Positions 47,042-58,200 of a stretch of DNA of 64,000 bases are shown in pieces. Under the pieces are notes generated by a model. The model searched no databases, was not told the origin of the DNA, and saw only the letters and a list, made by a program, of their open reading frames with translations. How positions within the stretch are numbered: position 1 is the first letter of the stretch; each line of letters opens with the position of its first letter. This DNA comes from Blastocatellia bacterium (lineage in GTDB: Bacteria; Acidobacteriota; Blastocatellia; RBC074): assembly GCA_046331525.1 (NCBI GenBank), contig JAXLQQ010000014.1, positions 10,296 through 74,295 of the forward strand. The letters are read 5' to 3'. Position numbers and translations under genes: made by a program.

Positions 47042-49186
47042 GTGATGATGATGAAACTTTGGCCCGGACAGCCTTACCCGCTCGGCGCAACTTGGGATGG
47101 AGAAGGTGTTAACTTTGCTCTCTTTTCTGAAAATGCTACAGCTGTAGAGTTATGTTTATTTGAGTCGTCAGGTCGGTTACCTGAGAGGCAACGCATCTTT
47201 CTGCAAGAACAAACAGAGCACGTCTGGCACGGTTACTTTCCTGACTTGCGGCCTGGACAATTATATGGTTATCGCATTCACGGCCCCTATGACCCGGCGA
47301 AGGGGCAGCGGTTTAATCCTCATAAATTATTGCTTGACCCGTATGCACGAGCGTTGCAGGGAGAATTGCAATGGGGGGCGGCGCTGTTTGCTTATCAAAT
47401 AGGAGAAGCGGCGGGTGATCTTTCATTTAGCGAAGAAGATAGTGCGGCAGCAATGCCGAAATGCCTGGTAATTGATCCTACTTTCAACTGGCAGGGCGAC
47501 CGCCCGCCGCGTACGCCCTGGCATAAAACGTTGATTTACGAATTACACGTGCGCGGCTTCACGATGCAGCATCCTGGCCTGCCGGACGAGGTGCGCGGGA
47601 CGTATACGGGGCTAGCGCATCCGACGATTCTTGCATACTTCAAAGAACTAGGCATCACAGCAGTGGAGTTATTGCCGGTTCAGCAAGCAGTGATTGATGG
47701 GCATTTACTGGATCGAGGGCTGAATAATTATTGGGGGTATAACACCATTAGTTTTTTCGCGCCGGATGCGCGCTATGCCGCCAGCCAACAAGTGGGGCAA
47801 CAGGTCACGGAATTCAAGCAGATGGTGCGGGCGTTGCATCAGGCGGGCATCGAAGTGATTTTGGATGTCGTTTATAACCACACGGGCGAAGGCAATCATC
47901 TGGGGCCGACGCTTAGTTTTCGCGGCATTGATAATGCGGCGTACTACCGCTTGGTGGCCGATCAGCCGCGTTATTACATGGATTTTACGGGCTGTGGCAA
48001 CACGCTGAATATGCAACAGCCGCGCGCGTTGCAATTGCTGATGGACAGTTTGCGGTATTGGGTGCAGGAAATGCACGTGGATGGGTTTCGCTTTGATCTG
48101 GCATCGTCCCTTGCGCGTGAATTGCAGGAGGTGGATCGACTCTCGGCTTTCTTTGACATCATTCAGCAAGACCCAGTGATTAGTCAGGTGAAGTTGATTG
48201 CTGAACCCTGGGATGTTGGGCCGGGCGGCTATCAGGTGGGTAAGTTTCCGGTGCTGTGGGCAGAGTGGAATGGATTGTACCGGGACACCGTGCGTGGCTT
48301 TTGGCGCGGCGATGGCGGGTTGGCGTCGAACCTGGCTTATCGCCTGACGGGCAGCAGCGATTTGTACGAAAGCGGCGGGCGTCGTCCGTATGCCAGCATC
48401 AATTTCATCACTGCGCACGATGGTTTCACGCTGGCGGATTTGGTGAGTTATAACGAAAAGCACAACGAAGCCAATGGCGAAGAAAACCGCGATGGTCACG
48501 ACGACAATTTAAGCTGGAATTGCGGCGTAGAAGGGCCAACGGATAATCCGGCGATTCAGACGCTACGCGCGCGGCAATGCCGAAACTTTCTCGCCACGAT
48601 GTTGCTTTCGCAGGGCGTGCCGATGTTGCAGGCGGGCGATGAGGTGGGGCGCACGCAGCATGGCAACAACAATGCTTATTGCCAGGACAATGAAATTTCG
48701 TGGCTTAACTGGCAACTGGATGAAGACAAAACTGCGCTGCTCGCGTTCACGCGCTTTGTCGTGCAGTTGTTTCATCAGCATCCTGTCTTGCGCCGCAAGA
48801 AATTCTTTCAGGGGCGGCGCATTCGCGGCTCCGATGTCAAAGACCTGGCGTGGTTCCGTCCCGACGGGCAGGAAATGTCGGAGGAAGACTGGAACAACGA
48901 ACACACGCGCGCGCTGGGTTTGCGGCTGGCTGGTGAGGCCATAGCGGATGTGGATGAACGGGGACAACGCATTACCGACGACACATTATTGATTTTGCTC
49001 AATGCACACCACGAACCATTGCCGTTTGTGTTACCCGCACATCGCGCGGATATGCAATGGGAGCTGTTGTTGGATACGCGCTTTGCCGAGGGCAAGCCCG
49101 CTACGCCAATGATTGGTGCGGGCGGGCAAATATATGAAATGGAATTCCGCTCACTCACCCTCTTTCGCCTGCTGCCAGAATCGTAA
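47042..49186 (+). CDS. glgX: glycogen debranching enzyme GlgX (GH13)
   Basis: 714 aa. [56 protein letters not shown]. Confidence 0.95.
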   Translation: MMMMKLWPGQPYPLGATWDGEGVNFALFSENATAVELCLFESSGRLPERQRIFLQEQTEHVWHGYFPDLRPGQLYGYRIHGPYDPAKGQRFNPHKLLLDPYARALQGELQWGAALFAYQIGEAAGDLSFSEEDSAAAMPKCLVIDPTFNWQGDRPPRTPWHKTLIYELHVRGFTMQHPGLPDEVRGTYTGLAHPTILAYFKELGITAVELLPVQQAVIDGHLLDRGLNNYWGYNTISFFAPDARYAASQQVGQQVTEFKQMVRALHQAGIEVILDVVYNHTGEGNHLGPTLSFRGIDNAAYYRLVADQPRYYMDFTGCGNTLNMQQPRALQLLMDSLRYWVQEMHVDGFRFDLASSLARELQEVDRLSAFFDIIQQDPVISQVKLIAEPWDVGPGGYQVGKFPVLWAEWNGLYRDTVRGFWRGDGGLASNLAYRLTGSSDLYESGGRRPYASINFITAHDGFTLADLVSYNEKHNEANGEENRDGHDDNLSWNCGVEGPTDNPAIQTLRARQCRNFLATMLLSQGVPMLQAGDEVGRTQHGNNNAYCQDNEISWLNWQLDEDKTALLAFTRFVVQLFHQHPVLRRKKFFQGRRIRGSDVKDLAWFRPDGQEMSEEDWNNEHTRALGLRLAGEAIADVDERGQRITDDTLLILLNAHHEPLPFVLPAHRADMQWELLLDTRFAEGKPATPMIGAGGQIYEMEFRSLTLFRLLPES

Positions 49187-49191
49187 ATGTC

Positions 49192-51171
49192 ATGACCATC
49201 ACAAAACAATCGCAAACCGCTCGTCTGTTACCCGTCGGTGCCGAAGTGTTGGCGGGACAAGGCGTCCATTTTCGCGTCTATGCGCCGCACTGGAAAAAAG
49301 TGGAAGTCGTGTTGGAAGAAAAAGGTCGGGCATTTCCACTGACGACAGAAGAGTCCGGCTATTTTTCCGGTGTTTTTGCCGAGGCCGAGGCAGGCACGCT
49401 GTATCGTTTGCGGTTGGACGACGGCGACAAACTTTATCCTGATCCAGTTTCGCGCTTTCAACCGCAGGGGCCGCACGGCGCTTCGATGGTCGTTGACCCG
49501 CGCGCATTTGCGTGGAGCGATTCAAGCTGGCAGGGTTGTGCCATACACGGGCAGGTGATGTACGAAATGCACGTCGGCACGTTCACGCCGGAAGGCACCT
49601 GGGCAGCGGCAACGGAGCAGTTGCCGCAACTTGCGTCGCTTGGCATTACGGTGATTGAAATGATGCCGGTCGCAGATTTTCCGGGGCGCTTTGGCTGGGG
49701 TTATGACGGAGTGAATTTGTTTGCGCCGACGCGGTTGTACGGCACGCCGGATGATTTGCGCCGCTTCATTGATCGCGCGCATTCCTTTGGCATCGGCGTG
49801 ATTTTGGATGTCGTTTACAACCACCTGGGGCCGGACGGAAATTACCTGAAAGAATTCGCGCCCGAATACTTTTCGTCCAAACACAAAACCGAATGGGGCG
49901 AGGCAATTAACTACGATGACGTAGGCAATGCCGCCGTGCGCGAATTCTTTTTGAGCAATGCCGCGTACTGGATTAATGAATTTCACTTCGATGGCCTGCG
50001 CCTTGACGCGACGCAGAGCATCTTTGACGACTCCGACGAACACATCATGACCGCGATTGGCCGCACTGTGCGCGAAGTAGCGCGCGGGCGAGAAACAATT
50101 ATCGTGGCAGAAAACGAACCGCAGCACGTGCGGCTGGTGCGGGCAACAGAACAAGGCGGACACGGTCTGGATGCGCTTTGGAATGATGATTTTCATCACA
50201 GCGCCGTTGTGGCGCTCACTGGACGCAATGAGGCATATTACACCGATTATCTCGGCAGGCCGCAGGAATTCATTTCTGCTATCAAATACGGCTACCTGTA
50301 TCAAGGCCAATGGTATCGTTGGCAACATAACCGACGCGGTACGGCTGACCTGACGTTGCCGCCGACAGCGTATGTGAACTTTATTCAAAACCACGATCAG
50401 ATCGCTAACTCAGGGCGCGGCGAGCGGGTTCATACACTGACAAGTCCGGGACGCTACCGCGCACTAACCGCGTTGTTATTGCTCGCGCCCAGCACGCCGA
50501 TGCTGTTTCAGGGACAAGAGTTTGCGGCGTCGAGTCCATTTCTGTACTTCGCCGATTTCGAGGGTGAATTGCGCCGTTTGGTGAGCGAAGGGCGAAAGCA
50601 AAACCTGGCTCAGTTTCGCAGTTTAGCGACGCCGGAAACGCAAGCGGTGCTGGCTGAACCGGGCGAATTAGAAACATTCACGCGCTGCAAGCTGGATTTT
50701 TCCGAACGTGAACGCCACGCGGAGATTTATCAGTTGCACCGCGATTTATTACGCCTTCGCCGCCACGATCCCGTCTTTCGCGCGCAGCGACAACGGGGCG
50801 TAGACGGCGCGGTGCTGAGCAATGAAGCCTTTGTGCTGCGCTTTTTTGGCGCGGCGGGAAAGCCCTACGACGACCGCTTACTGCTCGTCAATCTGGGCGC
50901 AGATTTGATCCTGACGCCAGCGCCGGAACCGCTGCTCGCGCCGCCGCCCAATCGGCAATGGAAAGTGCTGTGGTCAAGCGAAAGCACAAAGTATGGTGGC
51001 CTGGGTACGCCGCCGCTGGAAACGACGGAAAATTGGTTGATCCCCGGTCAGGCCGCCGTCGTGATGCGCCCCGGCAGGTTAACGGGTGTGGCGGAAGTTT
51101 CGCTGATTCACCCCGACGTGCTGGAAGAATTGCAGGCCGCACAATTGGAAAACGCCGAGGAACAAGTATGA
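49192..51171 (+). CDS. treZ: malto-oligosyltrehalose trehalohydrolase (GH13)
   Basis: 659 aa. [65 protein letters not shown]. Confidence 0.9.
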   Translation: MTITKQSQTARLLPVGAEVLAGQGVHFRVYAPHWKKVEVVLEEKGRAFPLTTEESGYFSGVFAEAEAGTLYRLRLDDGDKLYPDPVSRFQPQGPHGASMVVDPRAFAWSDSSWQGCAIHGQVMYEMHVGTFTPEGTWAAATEQLPQLASLGITVIEMMPVADFPGRFGWGYDGVNLFAPTRLYGTPDDLRRFIDRAHSFGIGVILDVVYNHLGPDGNYLKEFAPEYFSSKHKTEWGEAINYDDVGNAAVREFFLSNAAYWINEFHFDGLRLDATQSIFDDSDEHIMTAIGRTVREVARGRETIIVAENEPQHVRLVRATEQGGHGLDALWNDDFHHSAVVALTGRNEAYYTDYLGRPQEFISAIKYGYLYQGQWYRWQHNRRGTADLTLPPTAYVNFIQNHDQIANSGRGERVHTLTSPGRYRALTALLLLAPSTPMLFQGQEFAASSPFLYFADFEGELRRLVSEGRKQNLAQFRSLATPETQAVLAEPGELETFTRCKLDFSERERHAEIYQLHRDLLRLRRHDPVFRAQRQRGVDGAVLSNEAFVLRFFGAAGKPYDDRLLLVNLGADLILTPAPEPLLAPPPNRQWKVLWSSESTKYGGLGTPPLETTENWLIPGQAAVVMRPGRLTGVAEVSLIHPDVLEELQAAQLENAEEQV

Positions 51172-53237
51172 AGAATTGGACTCGTCGCCTGACAAACCTG
51201 AATACGCTGGACACCGATGCGTTGTTATCGCACGAATGGCTGGTGGCGAATGGATTGGGCGGCTACGCTTCCAGCACAATCGCAGGCGTAGCGACGCGGC
51301 GATTTCACGGGCTGTTGATTGCCGCGCTGCCGTCACCGCTCGGACGCCTGAATATGTTCAATCATCTGGCCGAATACCTCATTCTGCCTGACGATTCACA
51401 GCATCAAATCAGCGGCGAAGAGCAAACCACTACCGACCGCGACATTGATAGCGCACAGTATCTGGCCGAATTTCGGCTGGAAGGCGGCTTGCCGGTTTGG
51501 GTTTATCAAGTCGGCGATGCGCAGGTCGAAAAACGCCTACTACTGCCGCACCTACAAAATACGGTACAAATCAGTTGGAAGCTGCTCGCGGGCGCGGATT
51601 CATTGCGGCTGCGGCTGCGGCCAGGATTTTATTTTCGCCCCCACGAAGGATTAGTCAGCGAGCCGCTCGCGGAACCGTACAAGCTGACGATTGTCGGAGA
51701 TCGGTATGAAATTTCGACGCGCGATGATTACCCACCGTTGCGCCTGATGTTGAGCGGCGATGCCTCACAAATGACGCTGGATCGCGGCATTCTCGAAAAT
51801 CAGTTTTACACCATCGAAGCGCATCGAGGCTACGATTCACAGGGCGTGCTGTGGAGTCCCGGCTGTTTCAGCACGCGGCTTACGAAAGATCAGACAACAA
51901 CGTTGACTGCTTCAACAGAATCGTGGCTACGGCTGCAAGCACTCAGCCCGGAAGAAGCCTTTGAGGCCGAACGCGAACGGCGACGACGGCTGCTGTTTGC
52001 CGCACCGCAGGCTGCGCACAGCGGAATGGGCGCAGAGCTGGTACTGGCCGCCGATCAATTTATCATCACCCCTGCCGGACGTGCCGAAGAGGCGGTGCGC
52101 GTGCGGGCTGCGGGCGATGAAGTGCGTACCGTCATTGCGGGCTATCACTGGTTTACCGATTGGGGCCGCGACACGATGATTAGTTTGGAGGGGTTGACGC
52201 TTTCGACCGGGCGCTACATCGAAGCAGGCTGGATTCTGCGCACCTTTGCGCATTACGTCCGCGACGGCCTGATCCCGAATATGTTTCCCGAAGGCGAGAA
52301 GGAAGGGCTGTATCACACGGCGGATGCGACGCTCTGGTTCTTTCACGCGCTGGATCGTTACTTGCACTACACGCACGATGGCGAAACGTTGCGGTTGCTG
52401 CTGCCGACACTGCAAAACATCGTGCGGCATCACCTTGATGGCACCCGCTTCGGCATTGGCGTTGATTCGTCTGACGGATTGTTGCGACAGGGCGCGGACG
52501 GCTATCAACTGACGTGGATGGATGCCAAAGTCGGCGATTGGGTCGTCACGCCCCGGCGCGGTAAGGCCGTTGAAATCAATGCCCTCTGGTATAACGCCCT
52601 GCGCCTGCTGGAAGGCTGGTTGCGCGAGGCCGAGCAGGAAACCGCCGCCGCCAACATCGCCGCCCAAGCCGAGCAAACCGCTGCCGCCTTCAATCGCCGG
52701 TTCTGGTATGAGAAAGGGCAGTACCTCTACGACGTAGTGGACAGCGAGCAGGGCGACGATCCCGCATTTCGTCCGAATCAATTGCTGGCGTTTTCGCTGC
52801 CGCATCCGGTGTTGACACAAGATCGTTGGGCAATCGTATTGAAGGCAGCGCAGGAGAAGCTGTATACGCCGGTCGGGCTGCGTTCGCTCGCGCCCGATCA
52901 AAAGGATTACAAACCGAAATACGATGGCGATTTGCGTTCGCGCGATGCGGCCTATCATCAGGGCACGGTCTGGGGCTGGCTGATCGGGCCGTTTGTAGAT
53001 GCGTGGTTGAAAGTGCATCCCGACGACACCGAAGGCGCGCGGCGCTTTGTGCAAGGCTTCGAGCCGCATTTGAACGAAGGTTGCGTCGGTTCGATCAGCG
53101 AAATCTTCGACGCCGAGCAACCCTACACTCAACGCGGCTGTGTTGCGCAAGCGTGGAGCGTGGCCGAGGTGTTGCGTTGCTGGGTGAAAACAGCGGCGGC
53201 AGGCGGCGAAGCCAGAGCGCCACACGGGAAACAGTAA
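51168..53237 (+). CDS. amylo-alpha-1,6-glucosidase (bacterial/archaeal-type glycogen debranching enzyme, GDE_N+GDE_C)
   Basis: 689 aa from ATG 51168 (ATGA overlap with the treZ stop). HEWLVANGLGGYASSTIAGVATRRFHGLL, IAGYHWFTDWGRDTMISL, YHQGTVWGWLIGPF. The ORF-track extension to 50958 lies inside treZ. Confidence 0.85.
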   Translation: MKNWTRRLTNLNTLDTDALLSHEWLVANGLGGYASSTIAGVATRRFHGLLIAALPSPLGRLNMFNHLAEYLILPDDSQHQISGEEQTTTDRDIDSAQYLAEFRLEGGLPVWVYQVGDAQVEKRLLLPHLQNTVQISWKLLAGADSLRLRLRPGFYFRPHEGLVSEPLAEPYKLTIVGDRYEISTRDDYPPLRLMLSGDASQMTLDRGILENQFYTIEAHRGYDSQGVLWSPGCFSTRLTKDQTTTLTASTESWLRLQALSPEEAFEAERERRRRLLFAAPQAAHSGMGAELVLAADQFIITPAGRAEEAVRVRAAGDEVRTVIAGYHWFTDWGRDTMISLEGLTLSTGRYIEAGWILRTFAHYVRDGLIPNMFPEGEKEGLYHTADATLWFFHALDRYLHYTHDGETLRLLLPTLQNIVRHHLDGTRFGIGVDSSDGLLRQGADGYQLTWMDAKVGDWVVTPRRGKAVEINALWYNALRLLEGWLREAEQETAAANIAAQAEQTAAAFNRRFWYEKGQYLYDVVDSEQGDDPAFRPNQLLAFSLPHPVLTQDRWAIVLKAAQEKLYTPVGLRSLAPDQKDYKPKYDGDLRSRDAAYHQGTVWGWLIGPFVDAWLKVHPDDTEGARRFVQGFEPHLNEGCVGSISEIFDAEQPYTQRGCVAQAWSVAEVLRCWVKTAAAGGEARAPHGKQ

Positions 53238-53246
53238 AAATCAGCT

Positions 53247-54884
53247 TTACCGCAATTGCAGCCAATAAAATCCATATTCATTCAACGCCAATTGATACAG
53301 ATCCGACCCGATGCGCGGGAACGCAATCTGATACTGCAAATCCATCGGCACGCAGCCCGCATACGCCTGCAAATCAAGCTGCACGGGTTGTGAACAACGC
53401 GACAGGTTATACAAACAAAGCACCGTTTCCCCCTGCCATTCGCGCGTAAAAGCTAACACCTTACGATTCGATGGATGCAAAAACGTCATCGCCCCGCTCC
53501 CGAAAACCGGATGCGCACGCCGCAGGTGAATCATCTCGCGCATCCAGTGCAGCAGCGAGAAGGAATGCCGCTGCTCGGCTTCGACGTTGACAGATTGAAA
53601 GCCGTAGACCGGGTCAACAATCGGCGGAAAATATAACTGTGCAAAATCCGCGCGCGAAAATCCGCCGTTGCGATCCGCCGACCATTGCATCGGCGTGCGC
53701 ACGCCGTCGCGGTCGCCCAGGTAAATGTTATCGCCCATCCCGATCTCATCGCCGTAATACAAAAACGGCGTCCCGGGCAAACTGAACAACAGCGCGTGCA
53801 AAAGCTCAATCCGCCGCCGCCCATTGTCCAGGAGCGGGGCCAAACGGCGACGAATGCCGAGATTGAGCCGCATACGCGGATGTTTGGCGTACTCGTTGTA
53901 GAGATAATCCCGCTCTTCATCCGTTACCATTTCCAACGTCAATTCATCGTGATTGCGCAGGAACAAACCCCATTGGCAGCTTTCCGGCAGTACGGGCGTG
54001 CGATGAAAAATCTCGATAATCGGCAAGCGATCTTCCTGCTGTAGGGCGATGAACAGGCGCGGCATAATCGGAAAGTGATAACACATCTGGCATTCGTCAC
54101 CGTCGCCAAAAAACTGCACGACATCTTCCGGCCACTGATTCGCTTCGGCCAGCAGCAAGCGGTTCGGAAAGCGTTCGTCAATTATGCGGCGCAGGCGTTT
54201 GATGAAGACATGCGTTTCCGGCAGGTTCTCGCAATTCGTGCCTTCGCGTTCGAACAAATACGGAATCGCATCCAGCCGAAACCCGTCAATGCCCAGTTCC
54301 AGCCAGTAGGCCACGACATCCAGCATCGCCTGTTGCACCGCCGGATTGTCGTAGTTGAGATCGGGTTGATGGCTAAAAAAACGATGCCAATAAAATTGCT
54401 TCGTCGTTTCATCCCATGCCCAGTTGGAGCGTTCGGTGTCCAGAAACACAATGCGTGCGTCGGCGTAGCGATGATCCGTGTCGCTCCACACATACCAATC
54501 GCGTTTCGGCGAATCGCGCGAACTGCGGGCTTCAAGAAACCACGGATGCTGATCCGACGTGTGATTCAGCACCAAATCCGCAATCACGCGAATGCCGCGC
54601 GCGTGCGCCGCCGCCAGAAAATTTTTAAAGTCATCGAGCGTGCCATACTCCGGCAACACCGCGTAGTAATCCGAAATATCATAGCCGCCATCGCACAGCG
54701 GCGACGGGTACGTCGGCAATAACCAGATACAATTCACGCCGAGCCAGGCCAGATAATCCAGCTTTTCCGTCAGCCCGCGCAGGTCGCCGATGCCATCGCC
54801 GTTGGAATCGAAAAACCCGCGCACGTAGACTTCGTAAACAATCGCTTCCTTATACCAAAGTGGTTTGTTTTCCAGTTCACTCAT
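53247..54884 (-). CDS. treS: trehalose synthase / maltose alpha-D-glucosyltransferase (GH13)
   Basis: 545 aa, colinear with characterised TreS as I recall it. [86 protein letters not shown]. Confidence 0.9.
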   Translation of the reverse strand: MSELENKPLWYKEAIVYEVYVRGFFDSNGDGIGDLRGLTEKLDYLAWLGVNCIWLLPTYPSPLCDGGYDISDYYAVLPEYGTLDDFKNFLAAAHARGIRVIADLVLNHTSDQHPWFLEARSSRDSPKRDWYVWSDTDHRYADARIVFLDTERSNWAWDETTKQFYWHRFFSHQPDLNYDNPAVQQAMLDVVAYWLELGIDGFRLDAIPYLFEREGTNCENLPETHVFIKRLRRIIDERFPNRLLLAEANQWPEDVVQFFGDGDECQMCYHFPIMPRLFIALQQEDRLPIIEIFHRTPVLPESCQWGLFLRNHDELTLEMVTDEERDYLYNEYAKHPRMRLNLGIRRRLAPLLDNGRRRIELLHALLFSLPGTPFLYYGDEIGMGDNIYLGDRDGVRTPMQWSADRNGGFSRADFAQLYFPPIVDPVYGFQSVNVEAEQRHSFSLLHWMREMIHLRRAHPVFGSGAMTFLHPSNRKVLAFTREWQGETVLCLYNLSRCSQPVQLDLQAYAGCVPMDLQYQIAFPRIGSDLYQLALNEYGFYWLQLR

Positions 54885-54994
54885 TGCGTTTCCTCAGTCC
54901 GAAAGCGCAGCAAATTCGTTGCCACAATCGAACGGAGTGCCAGATTTTTTTCAGATTCAACGAGAGAGAATACGCTGGCCGCTGCCCACCAACG

Positions 54995-55052
54995 GCTGAC
55001 CACTGACCTAAAAACGCTGCCTGGCCAAAAAAGTTTTTAGTCAGTGGTCAGC
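54995..55052. repeat. inverted repeat in the treS / M36 divergent promoter region
   Basis: GCTGACCACTGACCTAAAAAC (54995-55015) versus GTTTTTAGTCAGTGGTCAGC (55033-55052). About 20-nt arms with one indel. Confidence 0.6.
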
Positions 55053-55242
55053 TATCAGTGAGCAGTAGGCAATCAATGGCTTTCCTTTGGAAGGGGGCAA
55101 GAAATGTCTGGAAAAAAGGGGTTGCTCGGATTGTGTTGTTATTGCCCCTTGCAGCACCAAACACTTACGCCTCTCGGCTCCCCGGCTGTTCTCTGATTCC
55201 TGAAACAACTGACCTTCACTCTCCCTTCGTGTTAGTTCCGCT

Positions 55243-58200
55243 ATGAAACGAAACCTGACGTTTTTGATCCCTGCGTTATTCGCCGCCGTTGCGGTAGCAC
55301 AATCTATCTTTCAGCCGACAACCACTCCGCGCCGTTACGAAGATTTTGACATTCGCGCCACATATCAACGCACGCTCGACAGCGCGCCGCTCCCCCCTGC
55401 ACGTACGACAAAATCAGCCGCCGCCTTGCAGCCCGACCACGCGCGGCTGCGGTGGAGTTCGCTAAGTGGAACGCCCAGCCGGATGCTGGCACAACAAGCC
55501 GCCCTAACCGCGCGTAGTGACGACGAAGCGGAAACAATTGCGCGCCGCTTCTTGCGCGAACGCGAAAGCCTGTTTCAATTAACAGCGGCGGAAGTGGACG
55601 CCTTGCAGGTCACGCGCCGCGATCAAAGCAAGCCGAGCGGCGTGACGCATCTGACGCTGCAACAACAATGCAACGGCATTGAGGTCTTCGGCGCACGGAT
55701 GAATCTGCATCTGACCCGTGCAGGCGAAGTGCTGGCAGCAGATGGCGAGTTGATGCCCACAACCGCTACGGCAAATTCCAGCTTGCGATTGCGCGTAACA
55801 GCGGCGACCGCGCTGGAACGGGCGGCAGCAACCGTCGGCTTGCAGTTTTCTGTTCTGCCGCGCGCAACAATGGCAGCAGGCGCAGCACAACGGCAGCAAT
55901 TCGCGCGCAGTGCAGAACTCGCACGCGAGGCGCAGACGCGGCTTGTCTACTTTCCGCTCGCCGCCGACAAGCTGCAACTGGCATGGGAATGCGAAGTCTG
56001 GCCTGCCGCAACCACCGATGCTTATTTGATGGTCGTGGATGCGGAGCGCGGCTCGTTACTCTTTCGCCGCAATCTGACTCGTTATGAAACTGATCCGCAC
56101 GGCCTTGTCTTCAGCGGCGTCAGCCCGCGCCCCGACCTTCCACATACCAAAACCAATCCACCACTCATCGAACGCACTGATGTTCCCTTCAATGGCCAGC
56201 CGCACTTTGTCGCTGCTGATAAGCATTTTGATTGGTGGGCTGGGAAGCCACAGACCAGCCTGCGCGGCAACAATGTCGAGGCGCATTTGGATCGCAACAA
56301 TGACAACCTGCCGGATCAGCCGGAATTGACCGTGCCGGACAAAAACTTTTCTTTCCCACTCGATCTCACGAAAGACGTTTTTACCGCCGACAATCAAAAA
56401 GCGGCACAGGTGAATTTGTTTTACTGGGCGAATCGCTTTCACGACATTTTGTATTCGTTCGGCTTTACCGAGTCGGCAGGCAATTTTCAGACGGAGAATT
56501 TCGGCCTCGGCGGACAAGGCAGCGATGCGATTCAGGCCGATGTGCAGGACGGTAGCGGTTTCAATAACGCGAACTTTACGACGCCGCCCGATGGTCGCGC
56601 GGGACGAGTGCAGATGTTTGTCTGGAATACCTCGTCGCCGTTGCTTGATGGCAGTTTGGATCAAACTGTGATCTTGCATGAACTGACGCACGGCGTCAGC
56701 AATCGCTTGATCGGCAACGGCCTCGGCCTCGGTGGTTACCAAGCCGCAGGAATGGGCGAAGGCTGGTCGGATTATGTGGCTCTCGCGTTGCTTAGCAAAG
56801 AAACTGACCCGATTGACGGGCAATTTATGATCGCGCAGTACGCAACAAATTTGCCTGCGCGGGGACTGCGCAGTTTTCCCTACACGACTGACATCAACGC
56901 CTCGCCGCGCACGTTTGGCTTTATTCGCTTCACACGCGAAGTGCATACAGTCGGCGAAATCTGGTGCGCAGCGTTGTGGGAAATGCGCGCGGCGCTCCTC
57001 AAGCAATACGGCTTTCAGACCGGCCAACGGCAAAGCATTCAACTCGTGCTGGACGGAATGAAATTCACGCCGATTGAGCCGACGTTTTTGGAAGCGCGCG
57101 ATGCCATTCTGCTGGCGGATCGTGTGAACAACAACGGCGCAAATCAATGTTTGCTATGGCAGGCATTTGCTAAACGCGGGATGGGCTACTCGGCCAGCAC
57201 GATTGAAGTGAACGACCTCAACACGATTGAGTCCTTCGACGTACCGCCTTTTTGCAGCAATACAGCGACGGTGAAACTTAACCAGGCGAATTACGTGAAC
57301 GGCGAAGTCGTACAAATCGCACTCGGCGACCGCAACGCGGCGCAGTCTGTGCAGGTGCAGGTGAGCAGTTCCGTGACCGCCGATCAGGAAACAGTAACCC
57401 TCACGCCGGACGCTGCGCAGCCCGGCAGTTACAAAGGCGCGCTCAAAATCGCGGCGGGCAAAGGCAAAGCGAATGACGGCGTGTTGCAGGCTTCCGTAGA
57501 TAGTAAAGACGAAATCATCGTGCGCTACCAAGACGCAAGTAACGACGCAGGCAAGGCAGCTATCGTTGAAGCAAAAGCCAAAGTCGTGCGCGAAAAAATC
57601 CTTTTTGCCGATGCGGGCGAAAGCGACAATCAGGGCTGGCTGGCAACGGGGGCGTGGGCGTTGACGACGGAGCGCGCGGCTTCGGGAACCTATTCGTGGT
57701 CAGACAGTCCGAATGGTAATTATCAAAACCTGAGCAACGCGACGCTCACTTCCCCGCTCTTTGATCTGCGTGATTTTAGCGACATCAAAGTCGTGTTTGC
57801 CCAGGCTTACGAATTTGAGAATCGCTACGATTACGGCGTGCTGGATTATTCGACGGATGATGGCGCAACGTGGAATTTTGCGGGCGCGGTTACGGGCACG
57901 CAGGCGAGCTTCACGTCGGCGGAGGTAAAGCTCGCGGGGTTGGATGGACAACAACGGGCCCGGTTTCGGTTTCGCCTCTTCAGCGATTTGGAAGTGACAG
58001 GTGACGGATGGTATTTGGATGACATTCGCTTGCTCGGACGTGCGGCAGAGGCGGCGGTAATTGCGCCGGGCAGCAATACTGCACCGACGATTACGAGCGT
58101 TAGCCCGGCGTATGGCGCGTTGTCAGGCGGCACGCGGGTCACAGTCACGGGTGCGAATTTCACCGACAGTGTCGACACGATTGTTACATTCGACGGCATC

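Noticed and set aside
50958-51167. N-terminal extension of the GDE-type ORF (track start 50958)
   Set aside because: The extension lies wholly inside treZ in another frame and is Arg/Gly-rich. The ATG at 51168 overlaps the treZ stop (ATGA) and is followed immediately by family-typical sequence.
47705-57147. Large antisense or off-frame ORFs (47705-48499, 49522-50394, 51927-53225, 54075-54722, 56056-57147)
   Set aside because: All are embedded in glgX, treZ, the GDE gene, treS or the M36 gene. All show the Arg/His/Gln-rich bias of wrong-frame translation. None has a recognisable domain. The same applies to 18828-19643, 32595-33353, 61598-62554 and 63194-63880.
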